From the NCBI GenBank assembly GCA_963677925.2, contig CAXXYH010000003.1, forward strand, positions 160,001 to 224,000: a DNA stretch of 64,000 bases. Reading direction: 5' to 3'. Of this stretch, positions 62,752 through 64,000 are shown in pieces. The stretch is from Spirochaetia bacterium (GTDB taxonomy: Bacteria > Spirochaetota > Spirochaetia > UBA9216). The notes under the pieces were generated by a model. The model saw nothing but the letters and a program-made list of their open reading frames with translations, was not told the DNA's origin and made no database searches. Position 1 is the stretch's first letter; the number at the start of each line of letters is the position of its first letter. The position numbers and the translations under genes were made by a program.

Positions 62752-63726
62752 TTAAATATAGAGTATTTTCTCTGCACCCTTGATTATTTTATCTGTGGTT
62801 ATACACACATTTTTTTCCAGCTCCCTGTTATAAGGCATGGGAACATCTTCCATTGCAACCAGTTCAGGCGGTGCATCAAGAAAATCAAAAGCTTTTGAAG
62901 TTATTATCGAACATACTGAATGTCCTACACTTGCAAAGGGCCATGCCTCTTCAACCATTAAAAACCTGTTTGTTTTACGTACCGACTGAAGAATTGTCTC
63001 CTCATCCAGCGGACGCAGAGACCTTAAATCAATAACCTCTACACTTATTCCCCGCTCTTCAAGCCTTTCAGCTGCCTCTTCTACCAGCCTCATCGGTTTT
63101 GAAAAACTGGCGATGGTGATATCATTTCCTGCAGTTCGTACAACTGCCTTATCAATAGGCTCAAGATATTCTTCTTCAGGAACTTCGCCCTTCCATGAAT
63201 ACATCATTTCGGCTTCAAGAAAAATAACCGGATTATCATCCCTTATGGCAGTCTTAAGCATACCCTTCGCGTCATGACAGGTTGATGGAGCACATACCTT
63301 AAGCCCCGGAATATGGGCATAAATCGACTGGAATGCCTGACTGTGCTGTGAAGCCAGAAACTCGGCAGGACCGTTTGGGCCTCTCATGACCATGGGCATG
63401 CTGAACTGTCCGCCTGACATATATCTTGTTTTCGCCGCATTATTGATCACCTGATCATATGCCATCAAAGAAAAATTAAGCGTCATCCACTCAACAATAG
63501 GCCTTAAACCGGCCATGGCGGCACCTACGGCAAGTCCTGTAAATCCTTCTTCCGAAATAGGAGTATCGATGACCCTCTCAGGGCCGAACTCATCAAGCAT
63601 ACCCTGAGTTACCTTATAAGCGCCGTCGTACTGCGCAACTTCCTCACCTAAAATGAATACATCTGGATCGTGTCTCATTTCTTCACTCATAGCCTGATTC
63701 AGCGCTTCTCTGAAAGTAATTTCCAT
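62752..63726 (-). CDS. pdhB: Pyruvate dehydrogenase E1 beta subunit
   Basis: ITFREAL, GEEV..YDGAYKVT, DTPISE, QHSQ, IDLRSLRPLD; ATG 63726 after GGAGG. Confidence 0.93.
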   Translation of the reverse strand: MEITFREALNQAMSEEMRHDPDVFILGEEVAQYDGAYKVTQGMLDEFGPERVIDTPISEEGFTGLAVGAAMAGLRPIVEWMTLNFSLMAYDQVINNAAKTRYMSGGQFSMPMVMRGPNGPAEFLASQHSQAFQSIYAHIPGLKVCAPSTCHDAKGMLKTAIRDDNPVIFLEAEMMYSWKGEVPEEEYLEPIDKAVVRTAGNDITIASFSKPMRLVEEAAERLEERGISVEVIDLRSLRPLDEETILQSVRKTNRFLMVEEAWPFASVGHSVCSIITSKAFDFLDAPPELVAMEDVPMPYNRELEKNVCITTDKIIKGAEKILYI

Positions 63727-63736
63727 TTCAACCTCC

Positions 63737-64000
63737 TCAGGCGTATATATCTGTATACATCTCTTCAAGAGACGGTTCTGGTGATGATTCTGCAAAATCA
63801 GCAGAGTCCTTTGAAATCTTCTGTGCTTCCTTATCGTAACTGCTGTATTCCTCTTCAGTGAGAAGTCCTTTATCCATCATTCTTGTTTTTAAAAGTATGA
63901 TGGGGTCACGCTCCCTGTATTCTTCAAGTTCTTCTTTAGTTCTGTATTTACCAGGATCACTCATAGAGTGTCCCTTATACCGGTAGGTTTTAATTTCAAG
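63737..64000 (-). CDS. pdhA: Pyruvate dehydrogenase E1 alpha subunit (3' part, truncated by the window edge)
   Basis: LEIKTYRYKGHSMSDPGKYRTKEE...RDPI. Confidence 0.9.
   Translation of the reverse strand, partial: LEIKTYRYKGHSMSDPGKYRTKEELEEYRERDPIILLKTRMMDKGLLTEEEYSSYDKEAQKISKDSADFAESSPEPSLEEMYTDIYA

Overview
Core-chromosome window (AT-rich, densely coding, mostly minus strand) from a spirochaete, probably a free-living Spirochaetales member. The assignment rests on spirochaetal lipoboxes and on gene orders I recall from Treponema/Borrelia: secG-tpi-pgk-gap-TPR-hemolysin-ybeY; uvrA-lptD; V-ATPase K-I-D-B-A-DUF2764-E followed by mutS2-rsgA-murI; PRT-htrA-map-TPR-nusB-surA-like. Contents include a DHH phosphoesterase, miaB, an LCP protein, a split purH, an OmpW-like barrel with a partner lipoprotein, a ~1690 aa repetitive secreted protein, glycolysis genes, the phoH-HD-ybeY operon, lptD, uvrA, ispG, a probable Na+ V-ATPase, tRNA-Val(TAC), two tandem divergent EF-G paralogues and pdhA(partial)BC. 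I saw no mobile element, CRISPR array or defence system, and no clearly new multi-gene system. The most notable signals are: two genes (lptD, mutS2) that appear to start at CTG; several apparently leaderless genes; two abutting perfect 15-bp inverted repeats plus a degenerate tandem duplication between the EF-G genes; and complementary motif decay in the EF-G pair. All family calls come from motif recognition by eye, with no database searches.
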